From an uncultured Alphaproteobacteria bacterium (GTDB lineage Bacteria; Pseudomonadota; Alphaproteobacteria; MPNO01; DASWLB01): a stretch of 64,000 bases of DNA. Both the position numbers and the translations under genes were made by a program. Below are positions 36,123 through 45,779 of the stretch, piece after piece; within the stretch, counting starts at the first letter, position 1; each line of letters begins with the position of its first letter. Under the pieces are notes generated by a model. The model saw nothing but the letters and a program-made list of their open reading frames with translations, was not told where the DNA came from and ran no database searches. Location of the stretch: NCBI GenBank assembly GCA_963822575.1, contig CAWGHZ010000006.1:16837-80836 (forward strand), given 5' to 3'.

Positions 36123-37957
36123 GTCTTCTTGGCCGCCTTCTTGGCCGGCTTAGCCGGCGGCGTGCGCTTCACCCCGGCCTTGCGCATGATCACCCATTGC
36201 TGGGCGATCGAGAGGGTGTTGTTCCACGACCAGTAGATCACCAGCCCGACCGGGAAGTGCGCCAGCATGAAGGTGAACACGATCGGCAGAAGCATGAACA
36301 TCTTCTGCTGCACCGGGTCGGGCGGCGCCGGGTTAAGCCGCTGCTGCAGGAACATGGTGATGCCCATGATCACCGGCCACGCGCCGATGGCGAGGAAGCC
36401 GAGCGCGTGCGGCGGCGTCCAGTGGATCAGGCCGAACAGGTTCAGGATCGAGGTCGGGTCCGGCGCCGACAGGTCCCGCACCCAGCCGAAGAACGGCGCG
36501 TGGCGCATCTCGATGGTGACGTAGAGCACGTTGTAGAGCGCGAAGAAGACCGGAATCTGGATGACCAGCGGCAGGCAGCCGGCCATCGGGTTGGCGTTCT
36601 CCTTCTTGTAGAGCGCCATCATCTCCTGGTTGAGCCGCGCCTTGTCGTCCTTGAAGCGCTCGCGGAGCTCCATCATCTTGGGCTGCAGCGTCTTCATCCG
36701 GCTCATCGCGCGGTACGACTTGTTGGCGAGCGGGAAGAAGGCGAGCTTGATCAGCACCGTGACCATCAGGATCGCGATCGCGAAATTGCCGACGATGCCC
36801 TTGAAATAGTCGAGGACGTAGAACAGCGGCTTGGCGAGGAACGACAGGTAGCCGAAATCGACGGCGAGGTCGAACTTCTGGATGCCGAGCTTCTGCTCGT
36901 ACATGTCGAGAAGATGCACCTCCTTCGCGCCGGCGAAGAAGCGGTCGGTCACCTCGGTCGTCGCGCCGGGCGCGACGGTGCGCGCCGGGGCGAGATAGTC
37001 GGCCTGGTACACGTCCTCGTTGTGCAGCTTGTAGTGGTGGATCTTGGCCACCACCTGCGCGGTCTTGTCGGGGATCAGGGCGGCCAGCCAGTACTGGTCC
37101 GTAAGGCCGAACCAGCCGCCCGTGGTATTCTTGGTGACCGGCTCGTCGTCGAGGTCGCCGTAGCCGGAATGCTCGTAGGTGCCGTCCAGCACGCCGACGC
37201 CGCCGACATGCACCAGGTAGGTGCCGCTGTCCTTCACCGCGCCGAATTGGCGGATCAGCCCGAAGGGCAGCAGCGTCACCGGCTGGCCGCTCGTGTTCTT
37301 CACGCGCTGGGTGACGGTGAACATGTAGTTGTCGTCGACGGCGATGGTGCGCTCGAAGACCAGCCCCTGGCCGTTGTCCCAGGTGAGCGTCACAGGGCTC
37401 GAGGGGGTGAGCGTGCCGGAGCTCGCGCGCCACACGGCGTCGGGGCCGGGCAGCTTGACGTTCCCGCCCTTGGCCACCCAGCCGAACTCGGCGAAATAGG
37501 GGTGGGGGGCGCCCGGCGGCGACAGCAGCGTGATCTCGTCGCTCGTCGGGTCGGTGGTCACGTGGTATTGGCGGAGCCGCACGTCGTCGAGCCGTCCGGC
37601 ATCGAGCGCGACCGATCCGTCGATCGACGGGGTCGCGATGCGGACCCGGGGCACGCGGGCCAGCGCCGCGGCGCGCGCGGCCGCGGCCGGCACCTTCGCC
37701 GCGTCAGTGGCGGTGCCGACCGGGCCCGGCGCCGGGCTCGGCACGCCGGCCGTGCCGCCGGCAGGCGGAGCCGCGCCGGTCGCCGGCGCGGGGGCGCCGG
37801 CGGGCGCCTTCTGGGCCGTCTGCTCGGTGGTCTGCTGGTGCGCGGCCTTCTGGGCCTGCTCGCGCTGCAGTTTCGGCTGCTCGACCAGGAGCTGGTAGCC
37901 GAGGAGGATCGCCACCGAGACGACGATGGCGAGGATCAGGTTCTTTTGGTCCATCAT
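36119..37957 (-). CDS. yidC: Membrane protein insertase YidC
   Basis: MMDQKNLILAIVVSVAILLGYQ N-terminal TM, a large periplasmic domain and the conserved C-terminal core (NPMAGCLPLVIQIPVFFALY). The start overlaps the yidD stop. The upstream 69 codons of the ORF belong to the yidD region. Confidence 0.95.
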   Translation of the reverse strand: MMDQKNLILAIVVSVAILLGYQLLVEQPKLQREQAQKAAHQQTTEQTAQKAPAGAPAPATGAAPPAGGTAGVPSPAPGPVGTATDAAKVPAAAARAAALARVPRVRIATPSIDGSVALDAGRLDDVRLRQYHVTTDPTSDEITLLSPPGAPHPYFAEFGWVAKGGNVKLPGPDAVWRASSGTLTPSSPVTLTWDNGQGLVFERTIAVDDNYMFTVTQRVKNTSGQPVTLLPFGLIRQFGAVKDSGTYLVHVGGVGVLDGTYEHSGYGDLDDEPVTKNTTGGWFGLTDQYWLAALIPDKTAQVVAKIHHYKLHNEDVYQADYLAPARTVAPGATTEVTDRFFAGAKEVHLLDMYEQKLGIQKFDLAVDFGYLSFLAKPLFYVLDYFKGIVGNFAIAILMVTVLIKLAFFPLANKSYRAMSRMKTLQPKMMELRERFKDDKARLNQEMMALYKKENANPMAGCLPLVIQIPVFFALYNVLYVTIEMRHAPFFGWVRDLSAPDPTSILNLFGLIHWTPPHALGFLAIGAWPVIMGITMFLQQRLNPAPPDPVQQKMFMLLPIVFTFMLAHFPVGLVIYWSWNNTLSIAQQWVIMRKAGVKRTPPAKPAKKAAKKT

Positions 37958-38217
37958 GGACGCTGCACCCGCGACGGCGGCACCCGCGGCGGCACCGGAT
38001 CGTACCCCTCGCCGCCCCAGGGGTGGCAGCGCGCGATCCGCCGGGCGGCAAGCCAGGCGCCGCGCAGCGCGCCGTGGCTCTCCAGCGCCTCGAGTACATA
38101 GGCGGAGCAGCTCGGCTGGTATCGGCATGCAGCCGGCATCACCGGCCCGATCAGGTAGCGCCACACCAGCACCGGCAGGCGCAGCATCAGGGCGAGGGCG
38201 CGGTCGAGCGCCCTCAT
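37954..38217 (-). CDS. yidD: Membrane protein insertion efficiency factor YidD
   Basis: YQPSCSAYVLEALESHGALRGAWLAARRIARCHPWGGEGYDPVP is the YidD signature. The ATG at 38217 overlaps the rnpA stop. Confidence 0.85.
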   Translation of the reverse strand: MRALDRALALMLRLPVLVWRYLIGPVMPAACRYQPSCSAYVLEALESHGALRGAWLAARRIARCHPWGGEGYDPVPPRVPPSRVQRP

Positions 38218-38591
38218 GCCGGCGTCTCCAGCGCGCCCAGGCGGGCGAGCGCGGTCTCCAGGTCGGCGACCAGCTCGGCGAACGGCCGGGCGATCGTCCC
38301 CTGGCGCCCGATCAGCACATAGTCGGCACCGGCACGAGCGCGCGGCAGCACCCGCTCGGCCGCGGCACGCAGGCGGCGGCGGACACGGTTCCGCACGACG
38401 GCGTTGCCGACGCGGCGGCTCACGGTAAAGCCGACGCGCGGGCCGGCGCATTTGGCTTCGGGTGCGGCCAAATCATCCTCTCCATGCAGGCGCATCTGCA
38501 CGATCATGCCGGGCGCCACGAATTTGCGCCGCGCTGCGGCGGCCGCCAGGAACTCGCGCCGGCGCTTGAGGCGGCGGAGGGCCGCGGCCAT
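38214..38591 (-). CDS. rnpA: Ribonuclease P protein component
   Basis: A 125-aa basic protein (RVGFTVSRRVGNAVVRNRVRRRLR) between rpmH and yidD, in canonical synteny. Confidence 0.9.
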   Translation of the reverse strand: MAAALRRLKRRREFLAAAAARRKFVAPGMIVQMRLHGEDDLAAPEAKCAGPRVGFTVSRRVGNAVVRNRVRRRLRAAAERVLPRARAGADYVLIGRQGTIARPFAELVADLETALARLGALETPA

Positions 38592-38593
38592 CC

Positions 38594-38728
38594 TCAGGCG
38601 GACAGGCGCTTGCGCCCCTTCCGGCGACGGTTCGCGATCACGTTGCGGCCGCCGACCGTGGCCATGCGGGAGCGAAAGCCGTGGCGGCGCTTGCGCACGA
38701 TCACGCTCGGCTGATAGGTCCGTTTCAC
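38594..38728 (-). CDS. rpmH: 50S ribosomal protein L34
   Basis: The tail of ORF 38594..39673 reads [44 protein letters not shown], which is near-consensus L34, with a GTG start. Confidence 0.95.
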   Translation of the reverse strand: MKRTYQPSVIVRKRRHGFRSRMATVGGRNVIANRRRKGRKRLSA

Positions 38729-38887
38729 AGCGGCACTCCCGTTGGCGGCCGGGGATTGTTGAGGTGCCGGTATATAGAGGGGCGGTCCGGCCAAGTCAAT
38801 GCGGCCGCCGGGCGCGTTTTCAGGCCGCAGGAGCCCGAATCCCACGCTCCCGCCGCCGTAAGGCCCGATCTGCGCTATAGTCCGGCC

Positions 38888-40306
38888 ATGGGTGGCGTCA
38901 TCAAGCGGCTGTTCGGGCTTCCGAGGGGGCTTTCGGCCCGCCTTCTGCTGTTGACGGCGGCCTTCGTGATGGTGGCCGAGGTGCTGATCTTCGTGCCCTC
39001 GATCGCCCGGTTCCGCTACGATTACCTGGAGGAGCGGATCGCGCTGGCCTACCTGGCGAGCCTCGCCCTCGCCGGCCCGCCCGACAGCATCAGCCAGGCG
39101 CTCGGGCGCGAGCTCCTGGCCAGCGCGCATTCGTATGCCATCGTGCTGCACGAGCCGCAGTCCCGCGCACTGGTGCTGGCGCGCGACATGCCGTTCGACG
39201 TCGACGGGATGTACGATTTGCACGACGCGGGCGCGCTGACCCTGATCGCCGATGCGTTCGAGGCGCTGGCAGGCTCGGGCCAGCGCATGATCCAGGTGAT
39301 GGGCATGTCGCCGCGCAACCCGGACATCATGGTCGAGACGATCATCGACGAGGCGCCGCTGCGCGCGGCGATGCTCGATTATGCGCGCCGTATCCTCGCG
39401 CTTTCCATCATCATCTCGCTGGTGACGGCGAGCCTCGTCTATCTCAGCCTCAACTGGCTCCTGGTGCGGCCGATGCGCCGGATGACCCAGGCGATGGTAG
39501 CGTTCCGCGAGGACCCCGAGGACCCGTTGCACGTGGTCGCGCCCTCCGACCGCTTGGACGAGGTCGGCGCCGCCGAGCGCGAGCTCGCCCACATGCAGGA
39601 GGGGCTGCGTGCCGCGCTCCGCGAGCGCGCCCGTCTCGCCGAGCTCGGTGCTGCGATGGCGCGGATCAACCACGATCTGCGCAATATCCTGGCGACCGCC
39701 CAGCTCGTTTCCGACAGCGTGTCGGCCAGCGCCGATCCCGCGGTGAAGCGCGTCGCCCCGACACTGATCGGCGCGATCGACCGGGCGATCCGGCTTTGCT
39801 CCGAAACGCTGCGCTTCGCCGCCGGCACCCCGGAGACGCCGCAGAAGGCGGCGTTCCCGCTGGCGCCGCTGGTGGGCGAGCTGTTCGCCGAGCTGGCGGT
39901 GGGCGGCGGGCGCACGCTCGAGAACCGTGTCGATCCCGTCCTCGCCGTCACCGCCGACCGCGGCCAGCTCTACCGCGTGCTCGCGAACCTGGTGCGCAAT
40001 GCCATCGAGGCCGGAGCCAGGCGCGTGGCGGTGACCGCCGCGCCCGCCCAGGACTCGGTCCGGATCGACGTGTCCGACGACGGGCCCGGCCTCCCGGCCC
40101 GGGCGCGCGAAAGGCTATTCCAGCCCTTCGCCGGCTCGGCACGGTCGGGCGGCACCGGGCTCGGCCTCGCCATCGCGCGCGAGCTGATCCGCGGCCACGG
40201 CGGCGAGCTGGCGCTGGTTTCGACCGGCGCGGCAGGCACCGTCTTCCGCCTCACCTTGCCGCACGCGCCCGCCTCCGCCCGGCCGAAGGCGGCGGCGGAG
40301 GCGTAA
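38888..40306 (+). CDS. Membrane-bound sensor histidine kinase (two TM segments, HAMP-like linker, HisKA, HATPase_c); no adjacent response regulator
   Basis: Starts at [36 protein letters not shown]-box [12 protein letters not shown]-box [13 protein letters not shown]-boxes DDGPGLP / [12 protein letters not shown]. Confidence 0.9.
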   Translation: MGGVIKRLFGLPRGLSARLLLLTAAFVMVAEVLIFVPSIARFRYDYLEERIALAYLASLALAGPPDSISQALGRELLASAHSYAIVLHEPQSRALVLARDMPFDVDGMYDLHDAGALTLIADAFEALAGSGQRMIQVMGMSPRNPDIMVETIIDEAPLRAAMLDYARRILALSIIISLVTASLVYLSLNWLLVRPMRRMTQAMVAFREDPEDPLHVVAPSDRLDEVGAAERELAHMQEGLRAALRERARLAELGAAMARINHDLRNILATAQLVSDSVSASADPAVKRVAPTLIGAIDRAIRLCSETLRFAAGTPETPQKAAFPLAPLVGELFAELAVGGGRTLENRVDPVLAVTADRGQLYRVLANLVRNAIEAGARRVAVTAAPAQDSVRIDVSDDGPGLPARARERLFQPFAGSARSGGTGLGLAIARELIRGHGGELALVSTGAAGTVFRLTLPHAPASARPKAAAEA

Positions 40307-40319
40307 GCGGCGCGGTGCT

Positions 40320-40625
40320 TCAGCCCTGCACCACGGCCGGACGGCGGCGGGCACGCCGCACCGCCCACAGGCCTGTAGCGCCGACGCCAAACAAAGCGAT
40401 CGTCGCCGGTTCGGGCGCCGGGTAGCCGAGCCCTCCGGTCGCCCCGCCGCCGGTATCGGTCAAATTGCCGCCGGACGGGATAATGCCGGGTATCCAGATA
40501 TCGACCTCGACCGACCCGTTGTCGACCGGCGCCGCGACGGTCAAGCTGCCGTTCCCGGCCGACGCGGCGCCGATCATGCCCACAAGTAAAACCGCCGGCA
40601 AAGTTGCAGTGAGCCAGAATTTCAT
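40320..40625 (-). CDS. Small secreted PEP-CTERM-domain protein
   Basis: N-terminal signal peptide (MKFWLTATLPAVLLVGMIGAASA). The C-terminal PEPATIALFGVGATGLWAVRRARRR is PEP, a TM helix and an Arg cluster, i.e. the exosortase sorting signal. Confidence 0.75.
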   Translation of the reverse strand: MKFWLTATLPAVLLVGMIGAASAGNGSLTVAAPVDNGSVEVDIWIPGIIPSGGNLTDTGGGATGGLGYPAPEPATIALFGVGATGLWAVRRARRRPAVVQG

Positions 40626-40997
40626 GGACGTTCATTGCGTTGGGTTACGTCGCGAGCGCAAATCACCCACGTCTCGCCATACCTGAGTTGAAAGAGGTAC
40701 GGCGATTGCTTTCGCGTTCAGCCTGCATTTATGGTTAAACCAAGAAATATGCCAATTTTTGGAAGTCCAATCGGATCAATATGTTAGCTTGCGACGACGT
40801 CCGTCTCTGTTATGGGGTTGTGAAAATTTTCGACGTGCGCGGCCAAAAATCGGGCTTTAACTGTAAAATTTTCCGACAGGTCGGTGAGGCCGACACCATT
40901 GAATGCGGTAGGGAGGAGTTTGCGGCGCTTCCCCGGCACCTTCAATCGTCACCTGGGCCGCGCACAGGGCCCAGCCAGAGTCCGGGGTGAGCGCCCG

Positions 40998-42038
40998 CTA
41001 CTCTGCCGCCGCGCGCGCGCCGCCCCGCTCCTCGGCGATGAGGCGGTCGACGATGCGGCGCATGGCGATGCCGCCGGCGTCCTGGTTGAGGTCGATCATC
41101 GGCGTGTCGCCGAGGTCGATGTTCCGCTGCTGCGCCTTGATGATGGCGAGGTCCTCGGTGAAGGCCGTCCTCACCTGCTGGCGCACCAGATCGACCACCC
41201 AGCGCTGGTCGAGCTTGAAGTTGAATGCCTGCGCCCAGAAATAGTGCGTCGTCCGTCCGGTCTCGGGGGTGATGGCGTTCAGATTGTACATGTTGGCGCC
41301 CTTGGAGTAGTCGCCCTCGCGCACGCCGGAGCCGACCGGGCCCGATCCCACGTTGAGCTTGACGAACGACGGCGGCGAGAAGGTCGCGAGCTGCCAGCGG
41401 TCGACGTTCATCCCGTCCGGGAAGCCGCCCATCTTTTTGTGGAACGGCGCGGGCGGCGAGTCGAGCAGCCAGCGGTTGACGTGAACGCGGTCCTTCTCGC
41501 GCCTGGTCTCGACCTCCGAGCCGGCGAAGGCGTCGGTGCCCAGCGTCGTCGGGTGGATGAAGGGCAGGTGCGTGGTGTCCAAGAGGTTCTCGACCAGCAG
41601 CAGGTAGTTGCCATCGAGGAGCAGCCGGTCGCCGCCGAAGCGCCAGGCGGGATCGTCCATCCAGTGGAAATCCTCGATCTTGTCGGGATCGGCAAGGGCC
41701 GGGTCGCCCATCCATATCCAGATCCAATGGTAGCGCTCCACGACCGGGTAGGATTTTACCCGCGCGCCGGGCGGAATCTGCGTCTGGCTCGGCACGCGCA
41801 CGCATCGGCCGGTCTCGTCGAACTGCAGCCCGTGATAGGGGCACTGCACGATGTTGCCGACAAGCTTGCCCTCGGACAGCGGCGCGCGCCGGTGGCAGCA
41901 CCGGTCCTCCAGCGCGACCGGGGTGCCGTCGTCGCGCCGGTAGAGCACCACCGGCTCCTCCAGGACGATGCGGCGCATCATCTCGCGGCCGACCTCGTGG
42001 TCCCACGCCGCGACATACCAGGCGTTGTGGATATACAT
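40998..42038 (-). CDS. Rieske [2Fe-2S] non-haem-iron oxygenase, VanA-like (class IA oxygenase component)
   Basis: Rieske motif CCHRRAPL...CPYHGLQF, and a catalytic domain with NLLDTTHLPFIHP. GGAGGA lies upstream of the ATG at 42038. No reductase gene is adjacent. Confidence 0.85.
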   Translation of the reverse strand: MYIHNAWYVAAWDHEVGREMMRRIVLEEPVVLYRRDDGTPVALEDRCCHRRAPLSEGKLVGNIVQCPYHGLQFDETGRCVRVPSQTQIPPGARVKSYPVVERYHWIWIWMGDPALADPDKIEDFHWMDDPAWRFGGDRLLLDGNYLLLVENLLDTTHLPFIHPTTLGTDAFAGSEVETRREKDRVHVNRWLLDSPPAPFHKKMGGFPDGMNVDRWQLATFSPPSFVKLNVGSGPVGSGVREGDYSKGANMYNLNAITPETGRTTHYFWAQAFNFKLDQRWVVDLVRQQVRTAFTEDLAIIKAQQRNIDLGDTPMIDLNQDAGGIAMRRIVDRLIAEERGGARAAAE

Positions 42039-42165
42039 CGCGTCCTCCGTGGCGCTTCCCGTGATCGCCAGCAAACCACCCGCCCGGCGCCGGGTCAAGG
42101 CGGCGGCTGACGGGGCGCGCGGGCGCTGGTAGGATCGCCCCGAAAATCCTTTCGGGAGGGAGACG

Positions 42166-43125
42166 ATGGCAACCGTGACCAAGCCGCAGGTGATCGCGAT
42201 CGAGGAGCATTACTTCGATCCGGCCGTGGCCCAGGCGCTGGGCGGCAACCGCCAGCCGCCGCAGATCGTCGAGCGGCTGAACGACATGGCGAACGTCCGC
42301 ATCAAGGAGATGGACGAGGGCGGCATCGACATCCAGGTGCTGTCGCACGCCCCGCCCGCGGTGCAGACGCTCGATGCCGAGACCTCGGTCCGGCTCGCCA
42401 CCCAGACCAACGACATGCTGGCCGAGACGATCAAGGCCCACCCGACCCGCTTCGCGGGCTTCGCCGCCCTGCCGACGCCCGACCCGAAGGCCTCGGTCGC
42501 CGAGCTCGAGCGCTGCGTCACCAAGCTCGGCTTCAAGGGCGCGATGATCCACGGGCTGACCGGCGGGGTATTCCCCGACGACAAGCGCTTCTGGGGGATC
42601 TTCGAGGCGGCCCAGAAGCTCGACGTGCCGATCTACCTGCATCCGGGCAGCCCGCACCCGGCGGTTGTCGAGGCGTATTACAAGGATTACGCCAAGGACT
42701 ATCCCGGCATCCTCTCGGCCGGCTGGGGCTACACGGTGGAGATGGCGACGGCCGGCGTGCGCATGGTGCTGTCCGGCGTCTTCGACGCCTACCCCGACCT
42801 CAAGATCATCCTCGGCCACATGGGCGAGGGGCTGCCCTTCTCGCTCTGGCGCATCGACCACTCGTTCAAGCGGCCGGGCGGCAAGCCGATGGCGTTCCGC
42901 GACACGTTCTGCAAGCACTTCTACATCACCACGAGCGGCAACTTCTCCGATACGGCGCTCCTGTGCAGCGTGATGGAGATGGGCGCCGACCGCATCATCT
43001 TCTCGGTCGACTGGCCCTACGTGATGAACAAGCCGGGTACCGACTGGATGGCGCACATCCCGCTGGGCGACGAGGACCGCGAGAAGATCCTCAACGGCAA
43101 CGCAAAGCGCCTGCTGAAGATGTAG
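42166..43125 (+). CDS. Amidohydrolase_2-family protein (ACMSD/LigW-type decarboxylase-like)
   Basis: VIAIEEHY N-terminal metal-ligand motif, then later IYLHPG, ILGHMGE and FSVDWPY motifs typical of this metal-dependent decarboxylase/hydrolase family. Confidence 0.8.
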   Translation: MATVTKPQVIAIEEHYFDPAVAQALGGNRQPPQIVERLNDMANVRIKEMDEGGIDIQVLSHAPPAVQTLDAETSVRLATQTNDMLAETIKAHPTRFAGFAALPTPDPKASVAELERCVTKLGFKGAMIHGLTGGVFPDDKRFWGIFEAAQKLDVPIYLHPGSPHPAVVEAYYKDYAKDYPGILSAGWGYTVEMATAGVRMVLSGVFDAYPDLKIILGHMGEGLPFSLWRIDHSFKRPGGKPMAFRDTFCKHFYITTSGNFSDTALLCSVMEMGADRIIFSVDWPYVMNKPGTDWMAHIPLGDEDREKILNGNAKRLLKM

Positions 43126-43138
43126 GGGCGCGACGCGC

Positions 43139-43606
43139 GTGGGCTATGTGGAGCGCGTCCTCCAGCCCGGGGAGGAGCTGAAGTACCGGGGACGCATCCA
43201 CTGGCTCATCTACGCGCCGGGGCTCGTGCTCGTGGCGGTGGCGGCCATCGGCTATTGGGCGGCGACGCGCTACGCGCCGCCCGATGTGCCGCCGCTCGCC
43301 ATCGCGATCGGCGCCGGCGCGATCGGGCTGTGGGGCCTCGTGCTGCTGCTCGGCGCGTGGATCAAGCGCGTCACTACCGAGCTGGCCGTGACCGACCAGC
43401 GGATCATCTACAAGCGCGGACTGATCCGGCGCCACTCGATCGAGATGAACATGGACAAGGTCGAGAGCGTCGACGTCGACCAGTCGATCCTCGGCCGCAT
43501 TCTCGATTACGGCGACATATTCGTACGCGGCACCGGCGAGGGGATCGAGCCGCTGCGCCGGATCGACGCGCCGCTCGAATTCCGAAACCACGTGACGGCG
43601 GCGTGA
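43139..43606 (+). CDS. Bacterial PH-domain (bPH_2/YdbS-like) membrane protein
   Basis: Two TM helices followed by TELAVTDQRIIYKRGLIRRHSIEMNMDKVESVDVDQSILGRILDYGDI. GTG start. Confidence 0.7.
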   Translation: MGYVERVLQPGEELKYRGRIHWLIYAPGLVLVAVAAIGYWAATRYAPPDVPPLAIAIGAGAIGLWGLVLLLGAWIKRVTTELAVTDQRIIYKRGLIRRHSIEMNMDKVESVDVDQSILGRILDYGDIFVRGTGEGIEPLRRIDAPLEFRNHVTAA

Positions 43607-43620
43607 GCCGTCGCGCGCCG

Positions 43621-44640
43621 TTACATCTTGAAGCGCTTCCACGCCTCCGCGGCGAGCGACATGTCGACGTAGTGGGCGGCGTCGATCGTCTGCTTGAGCA
43701 CGCCGAGCTTGTGCAGGTCGTCGATGTTCTTCTGCAGCCGGGCCACGTCGATTTTGAGGTCGGGCGCGCGGTAGTTGTCCTTCCGGGTGAACAGCCAGCC
43801 CTGATAGCTCTTCACCGGCCGCTTGGTCAGCTTCGCGACCAGGGCGAGCACGTCGGCATGGGTCTTGGGATCGGTCGAGGTCAGCCAGGCGCGCAGGCGC
43901 ATGTGGTCCTCGAGGAAATCGACCAAGGCCGCGCGGTGCTTGGCGATCCAGTCGGCCTTGGCGACGTAGATCAGCGTCTCGGTCGGGCCGAGCGCGTCGG
44001 TGAGGGTGAACAGCCGCTTGAGCTTCGGGTTCTTGCGCGCCATGTCGGAAAAGGGGTGGACGAGGAACGCCGCATCGATGCGCTGCGACAGCACTGCGGG
44101 AAGCTGGTTGGGGAAGCGCAGCTCGGCGAACTGCCAGTCCGTGCCCTCCTTCCAGCCACGCTCGCCGAACAGGAGGCGCACCGCCGAGTCGCCCGACGAG
44201 CCGCGCGCGTTGATGCCGATCACCTTTCCGCGCAGATCGTCGAGCGTCTTGATCCTGTCCTTCAGCACCCAGAACCCGGCCGTGCCGTAGCCCGGCGCGC
44301 CGGACGAGGTCTGCTGCGCGATGGCGCGCACGTCGAGCTTGGCGTTGGTGACGGTGAGGGTGAGCGACTGCGCGCCCTGCGCCGCCATGTCGATCGCCCC
44401 GGCCGCAAGCGCGGTCATCCCCGGCCCCGATCCCGCCAGCATGACCGGCTTCACCACGTAGCTCTTGCCGTAATGGCGGTATAGGCCGGGCGGCGCGATC
44501 GGGATCAGCGGCGTCAAGTGCGAGGGCGCGACCGCGGTCTGGATGCGGATGGTGAGCGGCTCGGCCCGCGCGGCACCGGACGCGCCGGCAACGGCAAGCA
44601 GAAGCGCGACCGCGAGCGGCCGCAGCGTGCGGACAGTCAT
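43621..44640 (-). CDS. ABC transporter substrate-binding protein, NMT1/THI5-like (NitT/TauT family)
   Basis: Signal peptide MTVRTLRPLAVALLLAVAGASGAARA. Size is 339 aa, with the periplasmic binding fold pattern shared with the other SBPs in this window. Confidence 0.8.
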   Translation of the reverse strand: MTVRTLRPLAVALLLAVAGASGAARAEPLTIRIQTAVAPSHLTPLIPIAPPGLYRHYGKSYVVKPVMLAGSGPGMTALAAGAIDMAAQGAQSLTLTVTNAKLDVRAIAQQTSSGAPGYGTAGFWVLKDRIKTLDDLRGKVIGINARGSSGDSAVRLLFGERGWKEGTDWQFAELRFPNQLPAVLSQRIDAAFLVHPFSDMARKNPKLKRLFTLTDALGPTETLIYVAKADWIAKHRAALVDFLEDHMRLRAWLTSTDPKTHADVLALVAKLTKRPVKSYQGWLFTRKDNYRAPDLKIDVARLQKNIDDLHKLGVLKQTIDAAHYVDMSLAAEAWKRFKM

Positions 44641-44675
44641 GTTTCCTCCCTAAGCGTTTTTCTGCGTGGGTACCG

Positions 44676-45675
44676 TCACGCGACGGCCGGCAGCACCTCC
44701 TTGGCGAAGGCGTGGAGCGTCGGGATGCGCGTGCCCATGCCCACCATCAGGATGTAGCCGACGCCCGCGTTCTGCAACCCGCGGATGCGCTCGATCACCT
44801 CGTCGGGCTCGCCGATGAGCGCCCCCTCCTCCGTCGCGCGGACCAGGTCGGCGTCCGACGTCATCGACGAGACGTACTTGCCGTCGGGCGAACGGCCGAA
44901 CGCGTTCATCCGGGCGAGCGACTTCGACCGGCGCTCCACCGCCTCGGCCCGCTCGGAGGCGTTGCGGACGAGCAGGATGGCGCGGCTGACGCCGACGGTC
45001 ATGGGATCGAAGGTCTGCCCCATCTTCTGGATCTCGTCGCGATAGATGGCGAGGCGCTGGGCAATCACGTCGAACGTCGCGAACTGGTCGAGGAGCAGAT
45101 TGTAGCCGCCGCGCGCCGCGGCGCGGATCGAACTCGGGCCGCCCGGCGGCGAGCCACAGCGGCGGGTGCGGCTTCTGCACCGGCGCGGGCTCGACCACGA
45201 TGTCGGCGAAGTTCCAGCGCGCCGAGTGGTAGGAGAACCGCTCGTCCGAGGTCCAGGCCTTTTTCATCAGCCCGACCGACTCCTCGAACCGCTCCTCCGC
45301 CTCGTCGAGCGGCACGCAGAAATGCTGGAACTCGTTGTAGCGGTACCCTTTGCCGACCCCCATGTCGAGCCGGCCGCCCGACAGCACGTCGAGCGTCGCC
45401 GCCTGTTCGGCCAGCAGCACGGGGTTGTGCCAGGGCAGCACCATCACGCCCGGACCGAGCCGGATGTTCCTGGTCTTGGCGGCGAGGTAGGTCAGCAGGT
45501 TCATGGTGGCCGAGACTTGGCCGAACCCGGTGAAATGGTGTTCCACCACGAACAGCCCGGTGAGCCCGACATTGTCCGCCTCGACGACGAAATCGACGAA
45601 GTTCTGGAAGGAGTCCGAGTCGTCGGTCGCGGTGGTGCGGCCCGCCGTGGCGCCGCCGAACAATCCGAATTTCAT
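44676..45675 (-). pseudogene. LLM-class flavin-dependent oxidoreductase, interrupted by a 1-nt frameshift near 45131
   Basis: N-terminus MKFGLFGG...VVEHHFTGFG...KPHPPLWLAAGRPE lies in ORF 44650..45756. The continuation SIRAAARGGYNLLLDQFATFDVIAQRLAIYRDEI...AKEVLPAVA lies in the frame of ORF 44676..45068. GGAGGG precedes the ATG at 45675. Confidence 0.8.
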
Positions 45676-45779
45676 GCCGCCCTCCGCTCGCCGCTCACCG
45701 CCGTCACGGCGCACGATAGCAGCCGGGCCGCGCCGGCAAAACCGCGAAAGGCGCATCGGCCGCGCCGCCCCCGCCCGAT

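Noticed and set aside
38594-38887. Chromosomal replication origin next to rpmH-rnpA-yidC
   Set aside because: No dnaA or dnaN gene is in the window, and I see no cluster of TTATCCACA-like DnaA boxes or an AT-rich unwinding element in the rpmH upstream region. In Alphaproteobacteria the origin is usually not at this locus.
40781-40990. A 69-aa ORF in the A+T-rich region upstream of the PEP-CTERM gene
   Set aside because: It has no RBS and no recognisable fold or family, and it ends in a Pro/Ser/Gly-rich tail running into the GC-rich flank. It is probably non-coding.
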